Assembly (NCBI RefSeq): GCF_009914755.1
Contig: NC_060945.1
Origin: the human T2T-CHM13v2.0 reference genome, Homo sapiens
Reading direction: 5' to 3' (one strand)
DNA length: 64,000 nt
A program made the translations under genes and the position numbers. A model generated the notes under the pieces. That model worked only from the letters and a program-made list of their open reading frames with translations. It was not told the DNA's origin and did no database searches. This document shows, piece by piece, positions 1 to 13,097 of this stretch (position 1 is the stretch's first letter; each line of letters begins with the position of its first letter).

Positions 1-1749
1 AAAAAAAAGACACTTTAAAATGTGGCAGCTGGACTACTTATTAAGAGCAACATAGTAACCTAAATACATTTTATAATTTACTTCCTTTCATCACACTAAA
101 GATATCTTGATTTACAATCTTGATTTTTAAACCCAACATATAAATCCTTAATTTATGAACACCTGATACTCACCAAGGAAACCCTAAAAGACAGAAGAGC
201 CAAAATGGCCAGCAAGACAGAGCCAGGAAGATCCTCCACTGAAAGAGCTGACTCTCAAGAAAACCAGCACACTCTGAGCAGATCTTCAAAAAGAAAGCAT
301 TGAGAGTGGAAGGAGAGAGGATGGAGACACTGGGCTAAAGGATCAGAAAGCTGGGAACCCAGCATGGGATTGTGGAGCACAAGGACTCATTCCTGACCCT
401 GAGAGGTGAGGGAAGGGGTGAGTTAAATACGATGGAGTGGCTTACTCTTTCCAAAGAGCTCCAGAATCCTAGCTTTACGAGACTTCACAATCCCCATGGA
501 CATTCGAGCTAGCAAGGAGAGTTGCTTGGAGAAGTAGCAAAGACAGGATTCCAGTACGTGTAGAGCCCAGAAAGTTTGACATAAGAATGGTTCCGGTGAA
601 GCACAGCCAGGGACACCCATTTCCTAAGGCTTACCACACGCCTCTGAGTGACTTTGGTCATTATTGATTGTCAGACCTGCACAGAGAAGGGCTGTCTTGC
701 CCGTGGGATATGCCAATGTGATTAGATGCTCTCCTGTCGACTGGCCTCTCCTGGGGTCCCCGCCAGGCCATACCCTCTTGGAGGGCAGCTTTGCATGCCC
801 AACGAGGGTGCTTCTCAGTGGCCATCACCGTAGCAGCAGACTCGACTCTGCTCTCACTGGAGAGCTTCCGCAAATATACCTCCAACAGTGCACACCTACT
901 TACAGTCCCCCCTCACTGCATTGCCGGCATGCACTGTGCACAGTCTCCACTCACTGTTTCGCCAGTGTGCACATATGCAGAGTCCTCACTGCAACTGCAT
1001 GGGCCCCACTGATGTGTGTGTGTAAACCCTGACAACCTGCCACTGCCAGGGTGAGTATGAGTATAACATGCCACACTGCACCCCTGCTGCAGCTGGTGCA
1101 CATGTGCGTAAGCATGGACCCCTCAGCAAATGCTCCAATGAAGCACTTTTGTTGTTATCCCCCATTGGACTGTTGTTGCCAGTGGACTGAGAATGCTGTG
1201 GCCCTGTCAGTGCAGCAGGTACTTCATCTTGAGGGGGCATATAACAAAGCTGTGGGCCAGGTCCCAATCCCCCCAGTGTTAGAGCACACATCCCAGGAGA
1301 GCTGAGCTGAGCCTTGGCCACCTGAAATCATCCAGAAATGAAGCCAGTCAATTAAATGCAACTTATAGCATAGTAAACCCTCAACGGCATCAAAGTATAC
1401 AAGTAAAAAGCCCCATGCAAAACAAACAAACAAACAAACAAACAAACTTCAACGATTAAAGGAAGATTAGCTCACAGAGATGAGAAAGAACCAGAACCAG
1501 CATAACTACACTGGCAATTCAATAACACAGAGTGTCTATTTTTAGGTGACCACACTAACTCCCCAGCAACAGCTGTTAACCAGACTGAAAAGACTGAAAT
1601 AATAGACAGAATTCACAAGCTTGATGGCAATGAAGGTTACTGAGATTCAGGAGACAGTTAAAAGCCCATCCAAAGAATCTAAGGAATCAATTAGAAAGAA
1701 ACAAGAGCTAAGAGACGAAATAGTCATTTTTTTAAAAGACCCAAACTCT

Positions 1750-2028
1750 TGCCAGGCACAGTGGTTCACACCTGTAATCCCAGCAATTTGGGAGGCCGAG
1801 GCAGCCAGGTTACCTGAGTTCAGGAGTTCGAGACCAGGCTGGCCAACATGGTGAAACCCCATCTCCACTAAAAATACAAAACTTAGCCAGGCATGGTGGC
1901 ACACACCTGTAGTTCCAGCTACTCGGGTGACTGAGGCAGGAGACTGGCTTGAATTGAGAGGTAGCAGTGAGCCGAGATCACACCACTGCATTCCAGCCTT
2001 GGTGCCTTGGTGACAGAGCAAGACTCCA

Positions 2029-2064
<36 letters not shown>

Positions 2065-2077
2065 AAAGAAAGACAAT
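1750..2077 (+). mobile_element. AluS (Sx/Sq-like) inserted in L1 ORF1
   Basis: Dimeric Alu with B box gttcgagac. TSD gacccaaactc at 1738-1748 and 2078-2088. The tail is a (CA)n run. Confidence 0.95.
2030..2059. repeat. (CA)n microsatellite in the Alu tail
   Basis: About 15 uninterrupted CA units. Confidence 0.95.
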
Positions 2078-2239
2078 GACCCAAACTCGTCTAAGAGCTG
2101 AGAAACTCACTATGAGCATTTCATTGTTTAACTGGAAGTATTAACAGCAGAAGGGACTAAACTGAGGAAAAAAAACTTAGAGCTGTGAGATGGATTCATT
2201 GAATCAACTCAGTTAAACAAATATAAAGGGGTGGGTCAC

Positions 2240-3400
2240 TGTATTAGTCTGTTCTCATGCTGCTATAAAGAACTGACTGAGACTGGGTAATTTAGAATCA
2301 AAATAGTTTTAATTGACTCACAGTTCTGCATGGCTGGGGAGGCTCCAGGAAACATACACTTATGGTGGAAGGGGCAGCAAACATGTCCTTGTTGATATGG
2401 CTGCAGGAGAGAGAAGTGCAAAGTAAAGTGGGGGAAAGCCCCTATAAAACCTTCAGCTCTCATAAGAACTCACTCATTATCATGAGAACAGTATGATCCC
2501 CATGTCTAATCACCTCCCACGATGTCCTTCCCCCAACATGTGGGGATTACAATTTGCATTACAATTCAAGATGAGATTTTGGGTAGGGACACAAAGCCAA
2601 ACTATATTATTCTGTCCATGGCCCCTCGCAAATCTCATGTCCTCACATTTCAAAACACAATTATGCCTTTCCAAGAATCCCCTAAAGTCTTAACTCATTT
2701 CAGCATTAACCCAAAAGTTCAAGTTCAAAATCTCATCTGAGAAAAGGCAAGTCCCTTCCACCTATGAGCCTGTAACATCAAAAGCAAGTTAGTTATTTCC
2801 TAGATACAATGGGAGTGCAGGTACTGGGTAAATACACCCATTGGAGATGGGAGAAATTGACCAAAACAAAGGAGCTATAGGCCCCATGCAAGTCTGAAAT
2901 CCAACAGAGCAGTCATTAAACCTTAAAGTTTCAAAATGATGTCCTTTGACTCCATGTCTCACATCCAGGTCACACAGATGCAAGAGATGGGATATCATGG
3001 CTTTGAGAAGCTCCACTCCTATGGCTTGGCAGGGTACAGCCTCCCTTCTGGCTGCTTTCACAGGTTGGTGTTGAGTGCCTGCAGCTTTTCCTGGTGAGTG
3101 GTGTGAGCTTTTGGTGGATCTATCATTCTGGGATCCGGAGAATGACGGCCCTCTTCTCACAGCTCCACTAGTCAGTGCCCCAGTGGAGACCCTGCATGGG
3201 TGCTCTGACCCCACATCTTCCTTCTGCCCTAGCAGAGGTCTCCATGAGGGCCCTTCCCCTGCAGCATACTTCTGCCTAGACATTCAGGTGTTTCTATACA
3301 TCCTTTGAAATTCAGGCTGAGGTTCCTAAAGCTCAACTCTTGTCTTCTGCACACACACAGGCCCAATATCACATAGACTCTACCAAAGCTTGGGGTTTGC
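2240..3400 (-). mobile_element. MaLR THE1D-like 3' LTR (2240-2609) plus truncated internal sequence (2610-3400)
   Basis: tgtattagtctgttctcatgctgctataaag...ggacacaaagccaaactatatta is the reverse complement of a THE1 LTR. THE1-int follows and stops abruptly at ~3400 with no second LTR. Confidence 0.88.
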
Positions 3401-3910
<510 letters not shown>

Positions 3911-6162
3911 TTTTGCAAGAAATAAAACCTACTTGATTGTGGTGGATTAGCTTCTTGATGTACAGCTAGATTTGGTTTGCTAGTATTTTGTTGAATATTT
4001 CTGTATCTATGTTCATTAGAAATATTGGTCTGAAGTTTTTTTTTTCATTGCATCTCTGCCAGGATTTGGTATCACAATGATGTTGTCCTCATAGAATGAG
4101 TTAGGTATGAGTCCCTCCTCCTCAATTATTTTAGATAGTGTCAGTAGGTGTGGTATCAGCTCTTCTTTATACAGCTGGTAGAATTTGGCAGTGAATCCTT
4201 TGAGGCCAACACTTTTTCTGATTGATAGGCATTGTATTGCCAATTCAGTTTGGAACTTCCTATTAGTCTGTTCAAAGTTTCGTTTTCTTCCTGGTTCAAT
4301 CTTTGAAGATTGCTTCCCGGAATTTATGCAGCTTCTCTGGGTTTTTCAGTTTGTGTACATAGAGGTGTTCATAATAATCCCTGAGGGTTGTTGTATTTCT
4401 GTGGAGTCACTGGTAATGTCCCCTTTGTCTCTTTTGTGATTGTGTTTATTTGAATATTGTCTCTTTTTTTCTTTATAAGTTTAGATAATGGCCTATCAAC
4501 ATTATTTTTTCTTTCAAATACCCAACATTCAGTTTTGTTGATTTTTTTACATTTTTTTCTCATCTCCATTTTGTTAATTTCCGTTATGATTGTGGCCATT
4601 TCTTTTCTTCTACTACCTTCGAGGTTGGTTCTTTTTTGTTTTTTAGGTTCCTCTATCTGTGATGTTAGGTTGCAAATTTGAGATCTTTCTAGCTGTTGAC
4701 ATAAGTGTTTAGCACAATAAACTTTCCTTTTAACCATGCTTTATCTGTGTTCTAGAGTTTCTAGTGTGTTGTATTTTTGTTTTCATCAGAGTCTAAGAAT
4801 TTCTTGATTTCTGCCTTGATTTTATTGTTTACACAAAAGTCATTCAGGTTCAGGTTGTTTAATTTTCACTTAATCCTACAGTTTTGGCAGATCTTCTTGG
4901 TATTGATTTGTATTTTTATTGTGCTGTGGTCTGAGAGTGTGGCTGGTAACATTTTTTTTTATTTGTTGAGAATTGACTTACAGCTGAGCATGTGGTTGAT
5001 TTTAGAATATGTGTCATGTGCAGATGATAAGAATATATATTCTGTTGTTGATGTGTGGAGTGTTCTGTAGATGTCTGTTAGGTGTATTTGGCCAAGTGTC
5101 AAGTTTAGGTCCCGAATATCTTTGTTAGTTTTCTGCCTCAGTGATATGTCTTACACTGTCAGTGAGGTGTTGAGGTCTGCCACTGTCATCGTGTAGTTAT
5201 GTAAGTTTCTTTGTATATCTCTAAGAGCTTGTTTTGTGAATCTGAGTGATCCAGTGTTAGGTGCATATATATTTAGGATAGTTAAGTCTTCTTGTTTAAT
5301 TGAATCCTTCATCATTACGTAATGCCCTTAATTGTCTGTTTTGATCATCGTTAGTTTAATGTCAGTTTTATCTAAAATAAGAACAGCAACACCTGTTCTT
5401 CTTTGTTTTTCATTTGTTTGGTAGTTCTTTCTCCATCCCTTTACTTTGAACCTATGGGTGTTCTCACATGTGAGATGGGTCTCTTGAAGACAGCATACAG
5501 TTGGGTCTTGATTCTTTATCCACTTTGCCACTCCATGCCTTTTAAGTGGGTGTTTAGCTTGTTTATCTTCAATATTGACATGTGCACATTCGATCCTCCC
5601 AGCATGTTGTTAGCTGGTTGTTATGTAAACTTGATTGTGTAATTACTTTATAGTGTTGATGGTCTATATACTTGAGTGTGTTTTTCTGGTGCTAGGTAAC
5701 AGTCCTTCATTTTCATGTTTAGCACTTTCTTAAGGATCTCTTCCGGTCTCTAAAGGCCTGGTGGTAATAAATTCCCCTAGCTTTTGCTTATCTGAAATGG
5801 ATTTTATTTCTCCCTTGTTTATGAAGCTTAGTTTGGTGGGACATAAAATTCTTAGTTCATAATTTTATTTTTTCAAAAATGCTGAATATGGATTCTTAAT
5901 GTCTTCTGACTGTGGGATATTGCTGAGAGTTCCCCTGTGAATTTGATGTAGTTTCCACTTTATGTGACCTGCCCCTTGTCGTTAACTGCCTTTAATATTT
6001 TTTTCTTTTGCATTGACCTTCAAGAATCTGATTACTTTGTGTCTCTGCAATGGTTGTCTTACATAGCATCTTACATGGGTTATCTGAATTTTCTAAATTT
6101 ATATGTCAATCTCTCTAGTGAAATTGGGGAAATTTTTTATAGAATCCCTTATTTCTCCAAGG

Positions 6163-6452
6163 TTTTTTTCTTTTTCTTTTTTTTTTGAGATGGAGTCTTG
6201 CTCTGTAGCCCAGGCTGGAGTGCAGTGGCATGATCTCGGCTCAATGCAAACTCCACCTCCCAGGTTCCTACCAATCTCCTGCCTCAGACTCCTGAATAGC
6301 TGGGGCTACAGGCACCTGCCACCATGCCCAGTGAATTTTTTTTTTTTGTATTTTTAGTAGAGACAGGGTTTCACCATGTTAGCCAGGATGGTCTCAATAT
6401 CCTCCCAAAGTGCTGGGATTACAGGTACAGGCATGAGCCACCATGCCTGACC
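6163..6452 (-). mobile_element. AluY/Sc-like with internal deletion, inside L1 ORF1
   Basis: PolyT then Alu reverse complement (gttagccaggatggtctc). The gacctcgtgatccgcccgcctcgg segment is missing. Confidence 0.92.
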
Positions 6453-8196
6453 TTTCATTTTTTAAAATTCTTCTTTTCTTTATTTATTTTCTGGCTGTGT
6501 TAACTTAAATAATCAGTCTTCAATCTCTGAGATTCTTTTCTTGGCTTAGTCCATTCTGCTGTGAATATTTCCAATCATTTTATGAAATTCTTGTAGTGTA
6601 TTTTGTAACTCTACCTGCTAGGTTTGGTTTTTGTTTGTTTGTCTTGTTTTGTTTTTTCAAATGGCTAATTTTTTTCTCTTTAATCATTTTACTGGATTCC
6701 TCAGATTCTTGGAAATAGTGTTCAACTTTCTATTGAATTTCAATGATCTTCATTTTCTTCTACCTCTCAGTTCTATATCTGACATTTCAGCCATTTCCTT
6801 CTATTTAACAACCATTGCTGTAGAACTAGTGCAGTCATTTGGAGGTAAAGTGACAGTCTGACTTTTTGAGTTGCTAGAGTTCTTATGTTGGCTTTTTTCT
6901 CACCTGTGTGGGCTGGTGTTTCTTTAACTGTGGTATAATTTGAGCATAGTCAGTTGACTTTGTTTCTGGATGTTTTCAAAGCACCTTTTTGCATGATCTT
7001 TATTAGTAGCTGAATTATTGTCCTGGGTTTCACAGAGGCTTATATTAGCAAAGTAATTTTAGTGTTGAAGTTTCTGCTGCAAGCTGGCTGATGACACTTA
7101 GGTATAATGGCTGATAGGTAGGCTCTTGTTCAGCCTACCTACCTATAATGGCTGATAGGTAGGCTCTTGTTCATACACAAATGTGTATTTTCTCACATTT
7201 GCAGCCATGCTCCGTGTCAGTATTCTGTGTGTGTAGGCTTCCCTCCTACTGAAATGCTGGCTGCATAGCTTGGCTTGTCACTGCAGTGCTGCACATCACA
7301 GCCCTGTGGTGAGCTCAAGGTTTTTGTTTCCTCACAAGCTTGGGGACAAAAGAGGTGAGGACCTTGGCAGTGGTAATGTCTGGAGGTCTATCACTTGTCT
7401 TTTGCAGCTCCACCATACAGAAATGCAGAGATGCTGCCAAATGGAGTGGTCAACCTTTGATGGGGCCTGTGCATTTTGGAACCAATCTGGGGGACACTAC
7501 TGGTGATGAGCAGAGGGTGTCAGGGCTTGTGAGAAGATAGATTCATCTCTTCTCTGTAGGGTAGCTGCAGTGTGCTGGAGGTGTGAGTAAAGCACTTGGG
7601 GTCTTGTTCCCTCCCCAGTTGGAGGGCAGCAAGGGCAGTACTGCTGAATAGCGGTTGCAGAGAAACTTTCAGTTGCTTCTGGGATCTCCACCCCAGAGAA
7701 ATGCAGAACCACTGCCACTGGGCATTTTCAGCCTGGAGTGGGGCTGCTGCACTATGAGCCTTTGCTGGGGCCCCTGCCTGGTGAAGAGCAGGGGATCAGG
7801 GGCTCACAGAGAATAGAGATTGGGCTCCATGCCATATGGTGATCATATGGTAATCATAGTGTGCTGGAAGCATGAGTAAAGCATTCAGGCTCTTTTATTT
7901 CTTTCCCAGTCTAAGACAGCAAGGGCAGGTACCACTGCATTGGCAGTGGCAGTTGGCTGTCATTTGCCTCTGGGAGCTCCATCACAGGATAACACAGAGC
8001 CACTGGCAATAGAAATGTTCAGCTTGGGTGAGGTAGCTACTCTGCAGGCCCAAGCAAGGAGTTCTGCTTAGTGAAGGATAGGAGTTGGGAGCTCACAAGG
8101 AAGAGAGACTGGGCTCTACGCTATATGGCAGCTGTGTCATGATGAAGGTGCTAGTGAAGCAACCAGGATTTTGTTCTTTCCCCAGCCCAAGGGGAG

Positions 8197-10499
8197 TTTC
8201 TTAGTGCTTTTTTACACTGCTGATAAAGACATACCTGACACTGGACAATTTACAAAAGAAAGAGGTTTAATCAATTTGTAGTTCTACATGGCTGGGGAGG
8301 CCTCAAACTCATGGCAGAAGTCAAGAAGAGGAGCAAGTCACATCTTACATGGATGACTGCAGACAAATAGAGACCTCGTTTGGGGAAACTCCCATTTTTA
8401 AAGCCATCAGATTTCATGAGACCCATTCACTATCATGAGAACAGCATGGGGAAGACTCACTCTCATGATTCAATCATTTCCCACTGGGTCCCTCCCACAA
8501 CATGTAGAAATTATGGGAACTACAAGATGAGACTTGGGTGGGGACACAGAGTCAAACCATATTATTATACCCCTGGCCCCTCCCAAATCTCATATCTTCA
8601 CATTTCAAAACCAATCATGCCTTCCCAACAGTCCCAAAAAGCCTTAACTAATTTCAGCATTAACTCAAAAGTCCACAGTCCAAAGTCTCATCTGAGACAA
8701 GTCCCTTCCACTTATGAGCCTGTAAAATCAAAAGTAAGTTAGTTACTTCCTAGATACAATGGGGGTACAGGCATTGGGTAAATACAGCCATTCCAAATGG
8801 GAGAAATTGGCCAAAACAACAGGGCTACATGCCCCATGCAAGTGTGAAATCCAGAGGGACAGTCAAATTTTAAAGCTCCAAAATGATCTCCCAGTAACTC
8901 TATGTCTCACATCCAGGTCATGCTAATGCAAGAGGTGGGTTCCCAAGGTCTTGGGTAGCTCCACCCCCGTGGCTGTGTAGGGTACAGCCTCCCTCATGGC
9001 TGCTTTCACAGGGTGACATTGAGTGTCTTAGTCTTCTCTAGGTGCACGGTGCAAGCTGTCAGTGGATTTACCATTCTGGGGTCTGGAGAACGGTGGCCCT
9101 CTTCTCACAGCCGCATTAGGCAGTGCCCCAGTAGGGACTCTCTGTGGGGGCTCCAACCCCACATTTCCCTTCCACTCTGCCCTAAACAGTGGTTCTTTAT
9201 GAGGGCCTCACCCTTGCAGTGAACTTATTCCTGGACATCCAGGCATTTCCATACATCTGAAATCTAGGCAGAGATCCCCAAACCCCCATTTTTGACTTCT
9301 GTGCACTCACAGGCTCAACATCAAGTGGAAGCTGCCAAGGCTTGGGGCTTGTACCCTCTGAAGCCACAGCCTAAAGTCTACATTGGCCCCTTTCAGCCAT
9401 GGCTGGAGCAGCTGGGACACAGGGTGCCAAGTCCCTAGGCTGCTCACAGCATGATGACCTTGGGCCTGGCCCACAAAACCACTTTTTTTTCTCCTAGGTC
9501 ACCAGGCCTGTGATGGAAGGGGCTGCCATGAAGACCTCTGGCATGCCTTAGAGACATTTTCCCTATTGTCTTGGGGATTAACATTCATCTCCTCATTTCT
9601 TATACAAATTTCTGCAGCTGACTTAAATTTCTCCTCAGAAAATGGGATTTTCTTTTCTATCAGATTGTCAAGCCACAAACTTTTTGAACTTTTATGCTCT
9701 ACTTCCTTTATAAAACTGAGTGACTTTAACAGTACCCAGGTCACATCTTGAATGCTTTGCTGCTTAGAAATTTCTTCCATGAGATACCCTAAATCATCTT
9801 TCTCAAGTTCAAAGTTCCACAAATCTCTAGGCCTGGAGCACAATGCCACCAGTCTCTTTGCTAAAACATAACAAAAGTCACCTTTGTTCTAGTCCCCAAG
9901 ATCCTCATCTCCATTGGAGACCACCTCAACCTGGATTTCATTGTCCGTATCATTAACATCATTTTAGGCAAAGCCATTCAACAAGTCTCTAGGTGGTTCT
10001 AAACGTTGCCACATTTTCCTATCTCCTTCTGAGTGTTCCAAGCTGTTTCAACCTCTGCCTGTTACCCAGTTCTAAAGTTGCTTCCACATTTTCAGGCACT
10101 TTTCAGTAGAGCCCACTCTACTGGTACCAATTTACTGTAGTATTCCATTTTCATGCTGCTGATAGACAGACCTGAGACTGGGCAATTTACAAAAGAAGGA
10201 GGTTTAATCAACTTACAGTTCCACGTGGCTGGGAAGGCCTCACAATCATGGTGAAAGGTAAGTAGGAGCAAGTCACATCTTACATGGATGGCAGCAGGCT
10301 AAGAGAGAGCTTGTGTCAGGAAACTCCTGTTTTTAAAATCATTAGATCTCATGAGACCCATCCACTATGATGAGAACAGCATGGGAAATACCCATCCCCA
10401 TTATTCAGTCATTTTCCACCAGGTACCTCCCACAAAACATAGGAATTGTGGGATCTACAGGATGAGATTTGAATGGGGACACAGAGCCAAACCATATCA
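8197..10499 (-). mobile_element. Complete THE1A/B MaLR element: LTR 8197-8564, internal 8565-10135, LTR 10136-10499
   Basis: Two ~365 bp homologous LTRs flank a ~1.6 kb internal region with ORF remnant RDLWNFELEKDDLGYLMEEISKQQSIQ (9499-9849). 5 bp TSD gggag (8192-8196) / ggcag (10500-10504). Confidence 0.95.
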
Positions 10500-11764
10500 G
10501 GCAGCAAGGGTGGTACCACTGTATGTAATGGCAGAGGGGCTGTGGGTTGTCGCTGGGAATTCTATCTCAGAGAAATGCACAGGTGCCACTGTCTGAAGTG
10601 TTCAAGTGGGAGCAGGGTAGCTGTGCTGGGGCCCAGGTCGGGAGGCCCTACCCAGTAAGAAGTAGCAGGAGCAAAGACAGGCATGGAAAAAAGTCTGACA
10701 ACACCTCCATAAGGCAGCTGTGCTGAGCTGAAGACCTGCTACAGTCCTTAAGCCTCTTTGCTATCTCTTGATCTGAGGGCATTATGGGCAGGGGCTATAG
10801 CAGGCAAAAATGGCAGGCCTGTCTTATACCTATGAGAGCTCTGTCCCAGGGAAATGCAATGCTGCTTCTGGCCCAAGTTGTCAGGCTGAGGTAGGTGGCT
10901 GTGCTGGAGGCTCAAGCCAGGAGGCCCTGACCAGTGAGGAGTAGAAGGGGCCATGACTAACATTGAAAACTATATGACTGCTTTTCCAGAAGGCAGCTTG
11001 CCCTGTGCTGGAGGCCCACAACAGTCATAACACTCTTCACTCCCTCCTGACCCTGAAGGCAGTTGGGTAGTGGCTGGAGCTGCTATAGCAGCAAAAACAG
11101 CAGATATGTATGTCTATTGCATCTGAGAACTTCATCCCAGAGAAATGCAGAGCTGCTGCCAGTCGAAGAGGTCAAGTGGGTGTTTCATGGCTGTTCTGGA
11201 GTTCCAGGTCAGTGTGCTTTGCCTGGAGAGGTTTACCAGAGGCAAGGCATGAAGTCCCTCTGCTCCTCAGAACCATGAATGTAGCCACTAACCTCTCGCA
11301 TTCAGAGAACTTGGCCTTCTTGTTGGTGAAGCTATGGCAACTAGCACTGGGGTGCTTAGGGGTCTAAGACCCCTGGAACTTCTCATGTGCCTGATCTGGA
11401 GCTCTGCCCAGATTCTATGCAGCTCTCCTTGTTAGTCTGAAGGCCCCAGGGGGATCACTCAGGGTGGATCACCTGTGCCTATGATTACAAAGGTCCATGA
11501 CAGAAGTGTGGGGCCATGGGACTCTCTCTCAGTCACTATTTCTTTGTGGTAAGGATCCTCCCCTGACTCCACCCAATCCTGGGTGGGTGGCTGTTGTGTC
11601 TTGCTGTTTTTTTCTCCATGGCTTCTGTTGCTTCCTTGCTGAATCCCAACATGTCCTCTTGGAAGATCCAGTTGAAGTGCTAGTGTTTACTGGCCAGTCT
11701 ATTTCGTTTTCACAAGAGTGGAGCGTACTAGCTGCTTCTAGTAAGTCATCTTGGCACTTGATCA

Positions 11765-11920
11765 CAAAAGACATTTATTTTTCACAGTTCTGCAGGCTGG
11801 CAAGTCCAAGTTAAAAGTGCCAGGAGATTCAATTCTTGGTAAGGGTTCTTCCTGGCTTGCAGACAGCTGCCTTCTCGTTGTATTTTCACTAGGAAGAAAA
11901 AAGAAGGTCTAGTGTCTCTT
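11765..11920 (-). mobile_element. MLT1-type MaLR LTR fragment
   Basis: atttatttttcacagttctgcaggctggcaagtccaag...ttcctggcttgcagacagctgccttctc resembles MLT1A-C. Confidence 0.7.
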
Positions 11921-12045
11921 AATTGGATAAATTTTTAAAACCAAAATTATTGAAGGTGATTCTAATACACCTTTCTCAGTAACTCATATACATATACCGG
12001 ATGCATTATTAAGATTATTAGTGTATTTAAAAATATACAATTTCT

Positions 12046-12363
12046 GGTTGGGCGCAGTGGCTCATGCCTATAATCCTAGCAGTTTGGGAGGCCAAGGCGG
12101 GCGGATCATGAGGTCAGGAGATGAAGACCATCCTGGCTAACACAGTGAAATCCCGTCTCTGCTAAAAATACAAAAAAAAAAAAAATAGCTGGATGTGGTG
12201 GCAGGCACCTATAGTCCCAGCAACTAGGGAGGCTGAGGCAGGAGAATGGTATGAACCCAGGAGGTGGAGTTTTCAGTGAGCCAAAATCATGCCACTGCAC
12301 TCCAGACAGGGTGACAGAGAGAGATTCCCTCTCAAAAAAATAAAATAAAATAAATAATTATAT
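12046..12363 (+). mobile_element. AluY/Sc-like
   Basis: ggatcatgaggtcaggagat...accatcctggctaacacagtg. TSD aaaaatatacaatttct at 12029-12045 and 12364-12380. Confidence 0.95.
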
Positions 12364-12953
12364 AAAAATATACAATTTCTGCCCTTATTTATCTATATAA
12401 TTTTGTATAATTATTTTATGATTGCTTATTATTCCTTTTAGTAGCCACTTTGAAAATAATTAATGTTTGTATAAAAATAAACATTAATTTAATAAACTAA
12501 CAGAATAGCATATAAATTTCCACTAACATCCTATCAAAATTTATATAATTATAGTATTTTATAAGTCATTTTAGTGCTATATAAAGTTAAGAAAAATGGC
12601 CAAAAGTCTAAAAAAATTAAAAAAAATAAAATAGGAATAGAAAAAGGAAGAAAATTTATTTTTTAAGTTAAAAAATCTTTTTTTAAATGTAGAGAAATAC
12701 ATGTTTTTAAGAGAAAACATACCTTTAATCACAAGAAAAAAGTGCCTTTAAAAATAAAAATATTATATAACATAATAATATAAAAGTTTCTTTTTGAAGT
12801 TTGAAGTTGTTATAGTTTTAAAATTGTATGTATTTGGCATTTCTTTTATTTTGCTTTATGTTAACATTCAAATTTCATCTTCGAATTTTAATTATCCTTA
12901 AACATTTCTAGGTGCCTGTTAGTTGAATTCTAGACAAAATTTATCTTTACAAC

Positions 12954-13097
12954 TTTTTTTATTATACTCTAAGTTCTAGGGCACATGTGCACAACGTGCA
13001 GGTTTGTTACATATATATACATGTGTTGTGTTGGTTTGCGCACCCATTAACTCGTCATTTACATTAGGTATTTCTCTTAATGCTATCCCTCCCTCAT
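12954..13097 (-). mobile_element. Short 5'-truncated L1PA (PA4-6-like) 3' end
   Basis: ttttattatactctaagttctagggcacatgtgcacaacgtgcagg...cattaggtatttctcttaatgctatccctcc. Confidence 0.9.

Larger units (their letters stand above)
190..2230 (+). mobile_element. Old primate L1 (L1PB/L1PA13-16-like) 5'UTR and start of ORF1, interrupted by an Alu
   Basis: Starts with an L1-like 5' motif (gagccaaaatggcc), then a GC-richer UTR and A-rich ORF1 coiled-coil-like sequence (MAMKVTEIQETVKSPSKESKES at 1621). Cut off at 2240 by THE1D. Confidence 0.75.
3912..11757 (-). mobile_element. Old primate L1 (L1PA15-16/L1PB-like) with 5'UTR, ORF1 and 5' half of ORF2; 3' end missing; contains an Alu and a THE1 provirus
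   Basis: The 5' terminus reads gccaagatgacttactagaagcagctag on the - strand at ~11757. Endonuclease remnant AKWIKNQDPTVCCLQETHLT (5328-5531), [16 protein letters not shown]...PNSFYE (4016-4243); ends at HHNQVGFI (~3920). Many stops and frameshifts. Confidence 0.92.

Noticed and set aside
1647-2084. 145 aa ORF and similar ORFs at 15963, 38099, 38155, 44675 and 44706
   Set aside because: Chance readings of antisense Alu sequence and microsatellites.
2789-3283. Longest ORF in the window (164 aa)
   Set aside because: Lies entirely in THE1 internal sequence of a truncated, diverged element; no sign of a host gene.
7340-11235. CRISPR-like or satellite array
   Set aside because: Eukaryotic context; the units are long, diverged along their whole length and lie inside an L1 5'UTR, with no repeat-spacer structure.
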